Shown: piece after piece, positions 31,633-40,879 of the stretch | Layout of the letters: every line of letters begins with the position of its first letter | Position numbering within the stretch: the stretch's first letter is position 1 | Source: Candidatus Cloacimonadales bacterium | Lineage (GTDB): Bacteria > Cloacimonadota > Cloacimonadia > Cloacimonadales > JAFGVF01 | Length of the DNA stretch: 64,000 nt | Direction: 5' to 3' | NCBI GenBank assembly: GCA_963663475.2 | Contig: CAXXJV010000001.1 | Location: 2,720,001-2,784,000, forward strand | Notes under the pieces: model-generated | What the model was told of the DNA's origin: nothing | Seen by the model: the letters and a program-made list of their open reading frames with translations, nothing else | Databases searched by the model: none | Made by a program: the position numbers and the translations under genes

Positions 31633-33110
31633 TTTATTATCCTATCATATATTGATAAATCTCTTTGAATTAAAGATTTTTTAGTGTTTTCTTGATTGTA
31701 TGAATTAGCCTTTTTGATGTTTAGCAATTTGTATTTTTTGTTTTCTTCATTAACTATACTTTCAATTTTAGTTGCTCTTATATCTTCTAATTTAAGAACT
31801 TTGGAAATTATTATTGACCAATTAAGATGTTTATTATTATTAATAAATTTAAGTAATGCTAAAAGTTGCTCTCTTGGATTTTTGCTGTTGTTTGAAATAA
31901 GAGAATCTAGCAAAATGGAGATATTAATCTTATTGGGGAATAATGCCTTAATTTCTTCTTTTAATTTCTCAATTGTTTGAGAATAATCGATATAATGACA
32001 TTGAGATATAATAGGTCTTCTTTTTTCTTGTGATAATCTGTGAGAAGCAACTTTTTTTCTACTCTTAGTATCTAATATTTCCAAAGAAGTTCCATTCTCT
32101 CTTACATATACACTCTTTTGCTGATAGAGATAAGGTACAGAATATTTATTTCTTTTCCAGGATATTAATCCTGTTTTATCTACTTTTCTAAGTTCTTCGA
32201 TATATAAATTATAGGATCTAAGGATCTTCTCTTCTTCTTTAAACATATTGCGTGGAGTTTCATTTAAGGAACTGTGAATTCGATTATTAACCTCTTCAAA
32301 CCAATCTTTTGCTCTAACTCTTACTTCTGACAAACCACTAAAAACTTCACCATAAAGAAAATCTTCTTTTACTTCTCTAACTGCTCTTTCAACTAATCCC
32401 TTACTCTCAGGATCATAACCCTCACAAGAATATGGATTTATTGATAGATTGTTCATAAATTGGAAAAACTTACTATTATAAGTAACCTCTCTATATATTT
32501 CTTTGATTACTACTAGTTTTGTTTGATCATAAATCATTGTCTCTGGTATATATCCGTAATATTCAAAACATTCTTTATGAGCACTAATAAAATCATCTGT
32601 ATTATATGGCTTAAACTGGAAATGCACAAAAGTCATTCTTGAATAGCAATATTTAAACACGCAAAAATATATCTTTTTCCGCTCTTTATTTGATAGTTTA
32701 ATATAACATTCTCCAGGATCTACTTGCATCTGAATCCCTGGCTTATAACTTACGACTTTGTAATATCTTTTTGTTGGTAGTTCTAAGCTCTCTTTAATTC
32801 TTTTAGAAAAATTAAAAAAACCTCTTTGACTTATCTGTAAATCTTCATAATCTCTCTTAAATATTTTGTATAATTTGCTTAGTCTCATCTTTGGATTTGA
32901 TGATATTTTCTGAGTTATTGCTTCTCTGTGAACTTCTAAAACACTCGGTCTTCTAACTTTTGTTAAAAGCTCTTCTACTTCATTATCAGGTACATTTAAA
33001 TAGCGTAAAACAGTTGTTTTAGATACTTTTAACTGCTTGGCTATATCTCTTACACTATTACCTGCTTTGCTTAACGACTTGATTGCATGATACACTTTGG
33101 CTCCTTTCAT
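31629..33110 (-). CDS. istA: IS21 DDE transposase IstA
   Basis: N-terminal HTH; PGIQMQVD, YDQTK, SKGLVE, NNRIH, YSVP. Confidence 0.93.
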   Translation of the reverse strand: MKGAKVYHAIKSLSKAGNSVRDIAKQLKVSKTTVLRYLNVPDNEVEELLTKVRRPSVLEVHREAITQKISSNPKMRLSKLYKIFKRDYEDLQISQRGFFNFSKRIKESLELPTKRYYKVVSYKPGIQMQVDPGECYIKLSNKERKKIYFCVFKYCYSRMTFVHFQFKPYNTDDFISAHKECFEYYGYIPETMIYDQTKLVVIKEIYREVTYNSKFFQFMNNLSINPYSCEGYDPESKGLVERAVREVKEDFLYGEVFSGLSEVRVRAKDWFEEVNNRIHSSLNETPRNMFKEEEKILRSYNLYIEELRKVDKTGLISWKRNKYSVPYLYQQKSVYVRENGTSLEILDTKSRKKVASHRLSQEKRRPIISQCHYIDYSQTIEKLKEEIKALFPNKINISILLDSLISNNSKNPREQLLALLKFINNNKHLNWSIIISKVLKLEDIRATKIESIVNEENKKYKLLNIKKANSYNQENTKKSLIQRDLSIYDRIIK

Positions 33111-33199
33111 ATTGTCTCCAGGAATTTTTACTTTTTTACTCCTGAAAACTGTACCAGATTAAACTGCCATTTGTGTACCAGTTTAAACTTCCATCTACA

Positions 33200-33515
33200 C
33201 AAGGATCCGTAATCACTTGCCACCAGCGTAAACGCGGGCTGGAATCCCGCGACCCAAAAGCGGGTAGGGCTTTAGTCAAGTAGGGATTTGTAGTTTGGAT
33301 GTCTGGCAGAAGAGGAAGATGCCAGCAAGCAAGGATGCTGGCGTTCCCAGTGTTAGGAAAATACTGGCAGGGATGCTGGCGCTCTTAGTTTTGGTAGGCA
33401 GACTAGGATCCGTAATCACTTGCCACCAGCGTAAACGCGAGCTGGAATCCTGCTACCCAAAGGCGGGTAGGGCTTTAGTCAAGTAAGGATTTGTAGTTTG
33501 GGTGCCTAGCAGAAG
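33200..33515. repeat. Right part of the tandem repeat; uninterrupted 203-bp unit at 33295-33497
   Basis: ggatccgtaatcacttgccaccagcgtaaacgcg...gcgggtagggctttagtcaagta occurs twice, 203 bp apart. Confidence 0.9.
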
Positions 33516-33517
33516 AA

Positions 33518-33600
33518 AAAATATATTTGAAAAAAAAATGATCTTGCTTTTGTTGAAGAATTTTCTGTTATTCACAAAATCCTACTGCATTGTTTTAGAT
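33518..33600 (+). mobile_element. Right-arm remnant of the foldback MITE
   Basis: cttgcttttgttgaagaattttctgttattcacaaaatcctactgcattgtttt aligns to the right arm of intact copies. Confidence 0.6.
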
Positions 33601-33623
33601 TATTTCCTTATTCCTTGCTTGTT

Positions 33624-33682
33624 CCTTCCTTTACGGTCTTTCGATGAAAGTCCCAGTTTCATCGAAAGACCGTAAAGGAAGG
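33624..33682. repeat. Perfect 26-bp-stem hairpin (family copy 1)
   Basis: ccttcctttacggtctttcgatgaaa-gtcccag-tttcatcgaaagaccgtaaaggaagg. Confidence 0.9.
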
Positions 33683-33738
33683 GTAAATGATGCTACAAGG
33701 GTTTGGAGTAGGATTTCACCCAGAATTTATCTTAAATT

Positions 33739-34650
33739 TTATTTTTCCAGATTAAGTTTTTCAACACTTTTCCATCTTTTATGAACCCAAAACCAAAGAT
33801 AAGGATATTGGTTAATTATGGAAGCAAGAGATTGATTTAAGGCGGACATAACATCAAAATCAGTCATATTTTCTGCCTGTGGATAGAAGATTTTTTCAAA
33901 CCTAAAAATATGTTTACCCTCTTTAGTTCTGATATGATAAGCAGGCATAATGGGTAAGTTAGCCTTTAAGGCAATTCTAGCAATTCCCATGAAAACAGAA
34001 GCATCATGGTTCATAAAAGGCATTATTTCACCAGATTTTCTAGCATCTTGATCATGAATAAAGAAAATCATCCTATCATCTTTAATAGCTTTTAAGATTC
34101 CCCTAAGAGCTCTTTTTTGGTAAATTACATCTAGACCGTACTTAGCTCGAAATTGGACAAAATATTCATCAAAAAAAGGATTTCTCTGTTTCTTGGCAAT
34201 AGCTGAAAGCTTGATATTTCTTTGTAAAAGATAATAACCAAGTATTTCCCAATTACCAAAATGTCCAGTAGCTATTAAAACACTCTTACCCATCTTTATC
34301 GCTTCTTCTAGATTTTCTAATCCTTGGAATTCAGCTTCTTTAACAATTTTATCTTTATCAGCCTTAAAAATTTCATAGACCATCAAGCCATAATGCTTAT
34401 ACATTGCTTTAGTATGCTTGAGAATATCTGTAGAAGATAAATGAGGAAGTGATCTTTTCATTTGCCTAATAACTAAGTCTTTTCTAATCCCAATCCTATA
34501 ACCTATGTTCACTGCAATAAAGTCCATTAATCTTCTAACACCTTTATCACTAAGAATATTAAAGAGCCAAAGGAATAATGATAGACCTAGTTTTTCTACA
34601 AAATTCTTTCTAGCTTTAGTCGTCTTTTTCAAGATTACATACCTCTTCAA
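33739..34650 (-). CDS. Lipid A/lysophospholipid acyltransferase (LpxL/HtrB family)
   Basis: GHFGNWE, DQD and WFWVHKRWK motifs. Confidence 0.88.
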   Translation of the reverse strand: MKRYVILKKTTKARKNFVEKLGLSLFLWLFNILSDKGVRRLMDFIAVNIGYRIGIRKDLVIRQMKRSLPHLSSTDILKHTKAMYKHYGLMVYEIFKADKDKIVKEAEFQGLENLEEAIKMGKSVLIATGHFGNWEILGYYLLQRNIKLSAIAKKQRNPFFDEYFVQFRAKYGLDVIYQKRALRGILKAIKDDRMIFFIHDQDARKSGEIMPFMNHDASVFMGIARIALKANLPIMPAYHIRTKEGKHIFRFEKIFYPQAENMTDFDVMSALNQSLASIINQYPYLWFWVHKRWKSVEKLNLEK

Positions 34651-35560
34651 TTGAAATAGCGTTGCCTTTTGTGTCTTTCCTGGTTTGATTTACTATTAAT
34701 TCCCCTAAAAGACCTATTGAGAAAAATTGGATACCAGCTAAAATTAAGAGAATTGAAAGAAAAAGTGCAGGTCTATTAGAAAGTGGCATTCCCATAGCAT
34801 ACTTCATAATTGTTAGATATAGGCCTAATATAGTCCCGATTATTGTTAAGATTGATCCAATCCCACCAAATAAATAAAGGGGTGACCGATTAAATCTTGT
34901 GATGAGTTTGACAGTAAGTAGGTCAAGGAAACCTCTGAGGTATCTTTCAAAGCCATATTTAGATTTACCAAATTCTCTAGCTCTATGATGTACTGGAATT
35001 TGGCCAACCTTAAATCCTTTAGCATCTGCTAAAGCAGGTACATACCTATGCATTTCACCATAAATATCTAACTCCTTAACTAAGTTTTTACTGTATGCTT
35101 TAAAGCCACAATTATAGTCATTTAACTTTAGTTTGAAAGTACGGGAAGTAACCCAATTAAAGAGTTTTGAGGGCAGTCTTTTACTTATTGGATCTCTTCT
35201 TTTTACCTTCCAACCAGTTACTAAATCATAACCTTCTTTCATTTTTTCCAGAAAGTTTTTGATTTCTATGGGGTTATCTTGTAAATCTGCATCCATAGTA
35301 AAGATTACATCTCCAGTAACCTGAGAAAAACCAACATCAAGAGCATAAGCCTTACCAAAGTTCTTTCTAAATTTGATAACTTTTACACATTTATCCTCTA
35401 ATGCTAGATTCTTCATAACTTGGTAAGTTTGGTCACTTGAACCATCATCAATAAAAATTATCTCGTATTCATGGTCTTGGCAATTATCAATAATCTCAGT
35501 ATAAAGTTGCTTTAAAGACTCTTCTTCGTTTAAGGCAGGTATTACAAAAGATAATTTCAT
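34616..35560 (-). CDS. GT2 polyprenol-phosphate glycosyltransferase (ArnC/DPM-like)
   Basis: IPALNEE, DDGSSD, RKNFGK, MDADLQD, DYNCGFK, two C-terminal TMs. Confidence 0.9.
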   Translation of the reverse strand: MKLSFVIPALNEEESLKQLYTEIIDNCQDHEYEIIFIDDGSSDQTYQVMKNLALEDKCVKVIKFRKNFGKAYALDVGFSQVTGDVIFTMDADLQDNPIEIKNFLEKMKEGYDLVTGWKVKRRDPISKRLPSKLFNWVTSRTFKLKLNDYNCGFKAYSKNLVKELDIYGEMHRYVPALADAKGFKVGQIPVHHRAREFGKSKYGFERYLRGFLDLLTVKLITRFNRSPLYLFGGIGSILTIIGTILGLYLTIMKYAMGMPLSNRPALFLSILLILAGIQFFSIGLLGELIVNQTRKDTKGNAISIEEVCNLEKDD

Positions 35561-35568
35561 TTTATCTC

Positions 35569-36756
35569 CTATTTTAGAAAATCAAAAAAAACTTTTGTAG
35601 AAACTTTAGCAAAAAGCTTTGGATTCTTCACAATTAAAGTTTTAAAGATATTTAAGACATTAAGTTCTTCTAAAGATATATCCCTGATTATATCAAAATA
35701 TCTATCAAGTTTTGGATTGCTAGCTGCAACAATTTTGTCTTTAATAATCTGTTCTATCTTCTCTTTATTTTTATGTTTAGCATGCCACTTATTCTGATAA
35801 GCTAATAGTTTCTTATCATCAATTCCTTTTTGTGTAACAGCTTTAGCAATAGTTTGACCACATAGAATTCCAGCAGATATTGCTGTATCAATTCCACCCC
35901 CACTTATAGCATTAGTTTGATAAGCAGAATCTCCCACTAACATAACCCTATTCTTAACTAAAATTGGATTAGTCTGTCTAACTGGAACACCTCCACAAGT
36001 TAACCTAAGAGAGTTAGAATGAGGATAATAGTCTTTTAAAAAATTATCTAAGTAATCCTGTGCAGGTTTTTCAGCTCTTTGAGGATTAACACCTAGTCCT
36101 ATATTTGCTGTATTAGCTCCCTTAGTAAAAATCCAAACATAGCCTCCAGGAGCATAATTATTATCAAAAATAAAACTACACTGACCATCAATAATAGTCT
36201 TATCATATACTAGATATTGAGCACAAGAATCAATATCTGCAAGCGATAACTGTTGAGACATTCCAAACCACCGCCCGACTTGAGAATCGATACCATCTGC
36301 TGCAACTAGTATTCTGGACTGATAAACTTGCTCTTGCTTCCTTATTGAAATATTAAATAATTGTTTTGATTCATCATAAGTGGCAGATTTAACATCATGT
36401 TTCAAAAGTATTTTAGTTCCATACATGAGAGCTTTCTTAGCAAGGAACTTATCAAAAAGTTCTCGATGAAGAATTACTCCCTTACTAGGACTATGCACAG
36501 TTATTGGAATTTTATTGGGAGGGATAATATTGATTTGCTTGATTTGACTAGCAATGACACTTTCTGGGATTTCCCCTAGTTCATCTAAAGCCTTGTTCAT
36601 TATCCCTTCAGCACAACGTACTGGTACACCAATCTCTCTATCACGTTCGAGAACAAGAGTACTTAATCCATTTTTTGAACACTGATAAGCAGTTACTAAT
36701 CCTCCAGGCCCTCCACCAATGACCACTACATCATAGATATGATTATTCTGTGACAT
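35569..36756 (-). CDS. Geranylgeranyl reductase-family FAD oxidoreductase (DGGGPL reductase-like)
   Basis: GGGPGG, VRCAEG, RELFDKFLA, ADG, PGGYVWIF, ANIGLG, LVGDSA...ISGGGI. Confidence 0.85.
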   Translation of the reverse strand: MSQNNHIYDVVVIGGGPGGLVTAYQCSKNGLSTLVLERDREIGVPVRCAEGIMNKALDELGEIPESVIASQIKQINIIPPNKIPITVHSPSKGVILHRELFDKFLAKKALMYGTKILLKHDVKSATYDESKQLFNISIRKQEQVYQSRILVAADGIDSQVGRWFGMSQQLSLADIDSCAQYLVYDKTIIDGQCSFIFDNNYAPGGYVWIFTKGANTANIGLGVNPQRAEKPAQDYLDNFLKDYYPHSNSLRLTCGGVPVRQTNPILVKNRVMLVGDSAYQTNAISGGGIDTAISAGILCGQTIAKAVTQKGIDDKKLLAYQNKWHAKHKNKEKIEQIIKDKIVAASNPKLDRYFDIIRDISLEELNVLNIFKTLIVKNPKLFAKVSTKVFFDFLK

Positions 36757-36922
36757 TTGAGATGGCTCCTAATGGACAGGTATTTATACATTTCTGGCAA
36801 CTAATGCATTTGTTTGAGTTTATATAGACTGCTTGTTCACTAATTTCTATGGCTAATTGTGGGCAAATAGCAACACAACAACCACATTTATCACATATAG
36901 TAAAATTAATTTCGATCTTCAT
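36743..36922 (-). CDS. 2[4Fe-4S] ferredoxin (59 aa, absent from the ORF track)
   Basis: Manual translation MKIEINFTICDKCGCCVAICPQLAIEISEQAVYINSNKCISCQKCINTCPLGAISNVTE*; two CxxCxxCxxxCP motifs; overlaps both neighbours. Confidence 0.92.
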   Translation of the reverse strand: MKIEINFTICDKCGCCVAICPQLAIEISEQAVYINSNKCISCQKCINTCPLGAISNVTE

Positions 36923-38474
36923 TTACTTCTCTATAATCAATAACTTTCGCCTGACCACTGTTAGAAATCTGCACTACAAGTTGGTATATTTTATTATCTT
37001 GTAGTTTATTCTTAAGCCCATTATCAAAATTAAGTTTATGGTGATTACCACTTAAATCATAATTATTCACTAAAAACATTGGTTCTGAATTATCATGACC
37101 AAAAGGCAACATGAAGTCTAATTGTTCAATAGCATTATTATCTAGTTCGCTAACATCAATTACAGCATCAATATTAATTGTCTTATTAGCTTCTATAGTT
37201 TCAAGCTGTGTCTGGAAATATTCCTTATAGAGTTTTAGAAATTTATCTAAGTTGTCTATCTTCATGGTAAATCCCCCTGCTCTGACATGGCCACCATACT
37301 GAATTAATGCATCCTCACAGTATTTAAAAGCATCAAGCACACTAAAACCTTCACTACATCTCCCTTCACAAATAATAACGCCATCACGTTCTTTGAGCAT
37401 AAGAACTGGCTCATATAAGGTGTTAACTAAGAAGGTAGCACAAGTGCCAAGTAGAGGGTTAGGTATTCTATCATCTTTGTCTATATAGACAAGTCCATCT
37501 CCACTATATTCAGAAAGGAGCTCGGAAATAATAGTATTTAACGCAAATAAATTGTGTTCATTAGCTTTCTTTTCATTCTGTATTAAAGCAAACTCATCAT
37601 ATTTCTCTCTATCCTTGGCTAACATGAATCTTAAACCATGGTGTTGGCCATCAACCTCTCTACCATTAGCTATCATTCGATAAGAATAAGTTAAAAAACT
37701 AAGTTTATCATAATATGTATGAATTGGATTACAGATTGATTTTAGCATATCAATGGTATTACCTTTAATTTTATCCCACTTATCCAAGACATGGCGAACA
37801 ATTATCCAGTTCACATCTGCCATTGGTACTCGGTCAGCTAAAGAACCTACAGCAGTCCAAAAGTAATAAGCAGGTTTAATTTCTTTCTCAAGTCGCTTTG
37901 CTAAACCTCTAACTAACATGAGAGAGACACCTACTCCAGCAATCATATCATAAGGATAAGAACAGTCAGAACGTTTAGGATTGACTACTGCAGTGGCTAA
38001 AGGAATATTTTCTTGATCAAAGAGATGATGATCAGTTATTATAACATCTATTCCCATGGCCTTAATCTCCTCAACTTTATCTTTTGAGGAAATACCATTA
38101 TCTACTGTAATAAGTAAATCAGCCTTCTTTTCAGCTAAAAATGATAAACAGGAATCCTGAATACCATGGTGATCTACAAGTCTATTGGGAATATAGTAAT
38201 AGTGATTTTGAAAGCCACATGTTTCAAAAAAATCATAAAGCAAATATGTTGCAGTTACTCCATCTGGGTCATCATGACCAAATATTACTATTCTTTCATT
38301 ACTATAGAGAGCATTTAATATACGCTCAACTGCCACATCTAGATCTTTTAACAAGAAATCATCAGGCAAATCATCTATTGTCTTTTGATATTCATCTTTG
38401 CTCTTATTTCTATTATCTAATATCTGCTTTATAAAATTATCTTCACTATCACGATATAACCATTTTAATTTCAT
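36906..38474 (-). CDS. recJ: RecJ-like DHH single-stranded DNA exonuclease
   Basis: GHDDPDG, YIPNR, ITVDNG, ITDHH, VNPK, ADRVP, YGGH. Confidence 0.85.
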   Translation of the reverse strand: MKLKWLYRDSEDNFIKQILDNRNKSKDEYQKTIDDLPDDFLLKDLDVAVERILNALYSNERIVIFGHDDPDGVTATYLLYDFFETCGFQNHYYYIPNRLVDHHGIQDSCLSFLAEKKADLLITVDNGISSKDKVEEIKAMGIDVIITDHHLFDQENIPLATAVVNPKRSDCSYPYDMIAGVGVSLMLVRGLAKRLEKEIKPAYYFWTAVGSLADRVPMADVNWIIVRHVLDKWDKIKGNTIDMLKSICNPIHTYYDKLSFLTYSYRMIANGREVDGQHHGLRFMLAKDREKYDEFALIQNEKKANEHNLFALNTIISELLSEYSGDGLVYIDKDDRIPNPLLGTCATFLVNTLYEPVLMLKERDGVIICEGRCSEGFSVLDAFKYCEDALIQYGGHVRAGGFTMKIDNLDKFLKLYKEYFQTQLETIEANKTINIDAVIDVSELDNNAIEQLDFMLPFGHDNSEPMFLVNNYDLSGNHHKLNFDNGLKNKLQDNKIYQLVVQISNSGQAKVIDYREVNEDRN

Positions 38475-38487
38475 TAAATTTTCCTTG

Positions 38488-39720
38488 TTAGTTTAAGTCT
38501 TCCTTAATAGGTATATCTCGCGGTTCTTTTCTTGTATAAACTTTTCTAAATATATCAAAACCAGAAACACCTATCATGAACATGCTAGATCTATCTTCTA
38601 TGCCATGAGTATCAAGATCACCTCTAATCATATACTCAAAAGCGAAATCTAATTTATCTATTCTTGATTTAAGAGGTAGAGAAAAACCTATTGTAGCAGT
38701 TTTCTCATAAATCTTTTCATTATTATAGTCAAAAGGAAGCTCTCTTAAGGAGAAACCACTTCTAATAGGTATAGCTTCATAAAATTCTTTTCGGCCAAGC
38801 TTAGGTTCATAAGCAAATCCTATACCAGCTTTCCAAGAATTATGATAATCTTCTCCCATAAACCTATCCCAAATTTCATAATTAAAATCTCCAGCTACCT
38901 TAAAGATACCAGCCCATTTTTTAGCTAAACCAAAAGCAATCTTATGAGGAAGATTAAAATCAACATCAGTTAATTCTTGGCTAGAATGAATTGTAAAAAA
39001 CTCTTTCTCAGCATTAATCTTGCGTCCATACTCATAGTTAGCACCTAGAGACCATGTTGCTCCCTGTTTAAGTATTCCACTGCTAAAACCAATATCAGTG
39101 AAAGATATCTTATACTTGTTTCGAGTATTGAATACACCACTATCTGAATCTTGAATTAACTCCTGTTCTCTATGTCCTATAAAAATATTTGGTCCAAAAG
39201 CTAGACTCCAGCCAGAAGCCATTCTATATCCATAATAAGCATCTAGCTTATAAATATAGGAGCTGAATAAGTTCTTTTCAATTAGAGTATTCTCTTGACC
39301 ATCTATCTCGTAGGTAACTTCAACTTCATTTTCAAAGTTTCCTGATTTCCAAGAGTTGAATTGAAAAGCAAATTTATGTTCATTATAAGGAACCACTATA
39401 CTAAAGAAAGGGAAATCTACAGCATCATCAGTGAAGCTTGAATTAGAATCAGTTTTATACTTAATATATCCTAATTTTACACCTGTATAGAAATTAACAG
39501 TATTTGCTGTATTTATTAAGGCTGGGTTACCAAATCCGTGAGCTAGTCTTAAGCCATCACCTATTCCTACATCTCCCATTCCCTGACTATAGATATCATT
39601 ACCTGAATATTGATAAGGTAATCCTGTAATTGAAAAAATTGAGTTACCTGCTAGTAAAACACCAACTTGCAACCATATCATTACTATCAATAAGGTATAA
39701 TACCACTTCTTTTTGTTCAT
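38488..39720 (-). CDS. Outer-membrane beta-barrel protein (FadL/PorV-like)
   Basis: Signal peptide; GMGDVGIG...NPA N-terminal motif; amphipathic strands. Confidence 0.65.
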   Translation of the reverse strand: MNKKKWYYTLLIVMIWLQVGVLLAGNSIFSITGLPYQYSGNDIYSQGMGDVGIGDGLRLAHGFGNPALINTANTVNFYTGVKLGYIKYKTDSNSSFTDDAVDFPFFSIVVPYNEHKFAFQFNSWKSGNFENEVEVTYEIDGQENTLIEKNLFSSYIYKLDAYYGYRMASGWSLAFGPNIFIGHREQELIQDSDSGVFNTRNKYKISFTDIGFSSGILKQGATWSLGANYEYGRKINAEKEFFTIHSSQELTDVDFNLPHKIAFGLAKKWAGIFKVAGDFNYEIWDRFMGEDYHNSWKAGIGFAYEPKLGRKEFYEAIPIRSGFSLRELPFDYNNEKIYEKTATIGFSLPLKSRIDKLDFAFEYMIRGDLDTHGIEDRSSMFMIGVSGFDIFRKVYTRKEPRDIPIKEDLN

Positions 39721-39844
39721 TTATTACTCCATTTCAAATTATTCCATTAATTAAATTAAAATCCTGTCCATTTGTCAATAATCTTTTTTTTATAAATTAT
39801 TATAATAATGGGAAAAAATTGATCTTCACTAAAAATATTTAGCT

Positions 39845-40870
39845 TTATTGAGCAAGAGAATCGAAGTACTTTTCTATTCTTACCCCTAGCTTTTTCTTTA
39901 AAGAATTAACTATTGCAGACTTTGATTTGGCAATAGCTTCTTCTTTATTAATGCCTCCAGAACGGCTCTTTTCGTTTAAGGAAACTACTATTTTATTATT
40001 ATTGTCTCTTATACTTAAATCATATTCATATTTTACAAAATCTTCCTTTCTTCCCAGGTCAACATCCTGATAGTGATAAGAACTGACAACTTTAAGCATG
40101 GCTTGATTATCAACAATACTAAAATTCATTTCATTAATAATTTCTTTGATTGTGTTAGCAAGAATTCCTTTTTCGTCGTTTTCTACCTGAATAGAAAAAC
40201 TAATCTGAGAAGCAATTTCTCGCATAAGAGAATTGATTTTAGGATATCTGTTTTCTACACCAACTATTTCATAATCCATAGGAGATATAATAGCTAACTG
40301 ATCAAGCAAAATTTGATTTTGATAAGCGAAAATTGATGCTAAACCTAGGTAAGCATACCTTCTAACAAGGTCAGAAGTCTCTTCATACTTAGTCATATAA
40401 AAATCAGTCATTTCCTTAGTTTGCACTATTTTTTCATCATAGATATCAGCAGTTCTACTTCTATGAATATAAGCTAAGGCGTATACTTTACCTAAATCAT
40501 CTGTGTAAGTCTCACCAATCTCAATATTTATAAGGTCCTGTTCTGCACTAATGAAGATATCTTTTGTATTTTCGGCAAATAAAGAAACTTCATCTTCAGC
40601 TTTACTAGATTCTAGTTCAGACCATCTTTCTGAAAAATGGGTATTAGCCCTAACATCAGTTTTAAAGATTCTTGCAACACTACCCATAGCATCTGCTTCG
40701 GCTGATCTTCTTGTTGAACCATAACCAACTGCAGCTAAATACATACCTTGAGGATATTTAACCTTAGGATTATCTATCCATTCTGGTTTCCCTCCTGAAC
40801 CTGATTGTTTATTAGCTGAACAAGCCATCATAAGAATTAATACTATTATAAGAATAAAAAATTTTCGCAT
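39845..40870 (-). CDS. LPP20-like lipoprotein
   Basis: MMAC lipobox; KPEWI...YLAAVGYG...A.A.A..A..F pattern. Confidence 0.65.
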   Translation of the reverse strand: MRKFFILIIVLILMMACSANKQSGSGGKPEWIDNPKVKYPQGMYLAAVGYGSTRRSAEADAMGSVARIFKTDVRANTHFSERWSELESSKAEDEVSLFAENTKDIFISAEQDLINIEIGETYTDDLGKVYALAYIHRSRTADIYDEKIVQTKEMTDFYMTKYEETSDLVRRYAYLGLASIFAYQNQILLDQLAIISPMDYEIVGVENRYPKINSLMREIASQISFSIQVENDEKGILANTIKEIINEMNFSIVDNQAMLKVVSSYHYQDVDLGRKEDFVKYEYDLSIRDNNNKIVVSLNEKSRSGGINKEEAIAKSKSAIVNSLKKKLGVRIEKYFDSLAQ

Positions 40871-40879
40871 ATTAAACCT

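Larger units (their letters stand above)
30834..33199 (-). mobile_element. IS21-family insertion sequence (2366 bp)
   Basis: TG...CA ends with IRs TGTCAATGGAAGTTTAAACTGGTACAC / TGTAGATGGAAGTTTAAACTGGTACAC; subterminal repeats; caagg target duplication at 30829-30833 and 33200-33204; istA-istB. Confidence 0.95.

Noticed and set aside
33295-33486. 63-aa ORF in the tandem repeat unit
   Set aside because: It coincides with the 203-bp repeat, and the corresponding reading in the other unit is not preserved as a gene.
30684-33515. Short repeats as a CRISPR array
   Set aside because: The intervening sequences are themselves repeated rather than unique spacers, and no cas genes are present.
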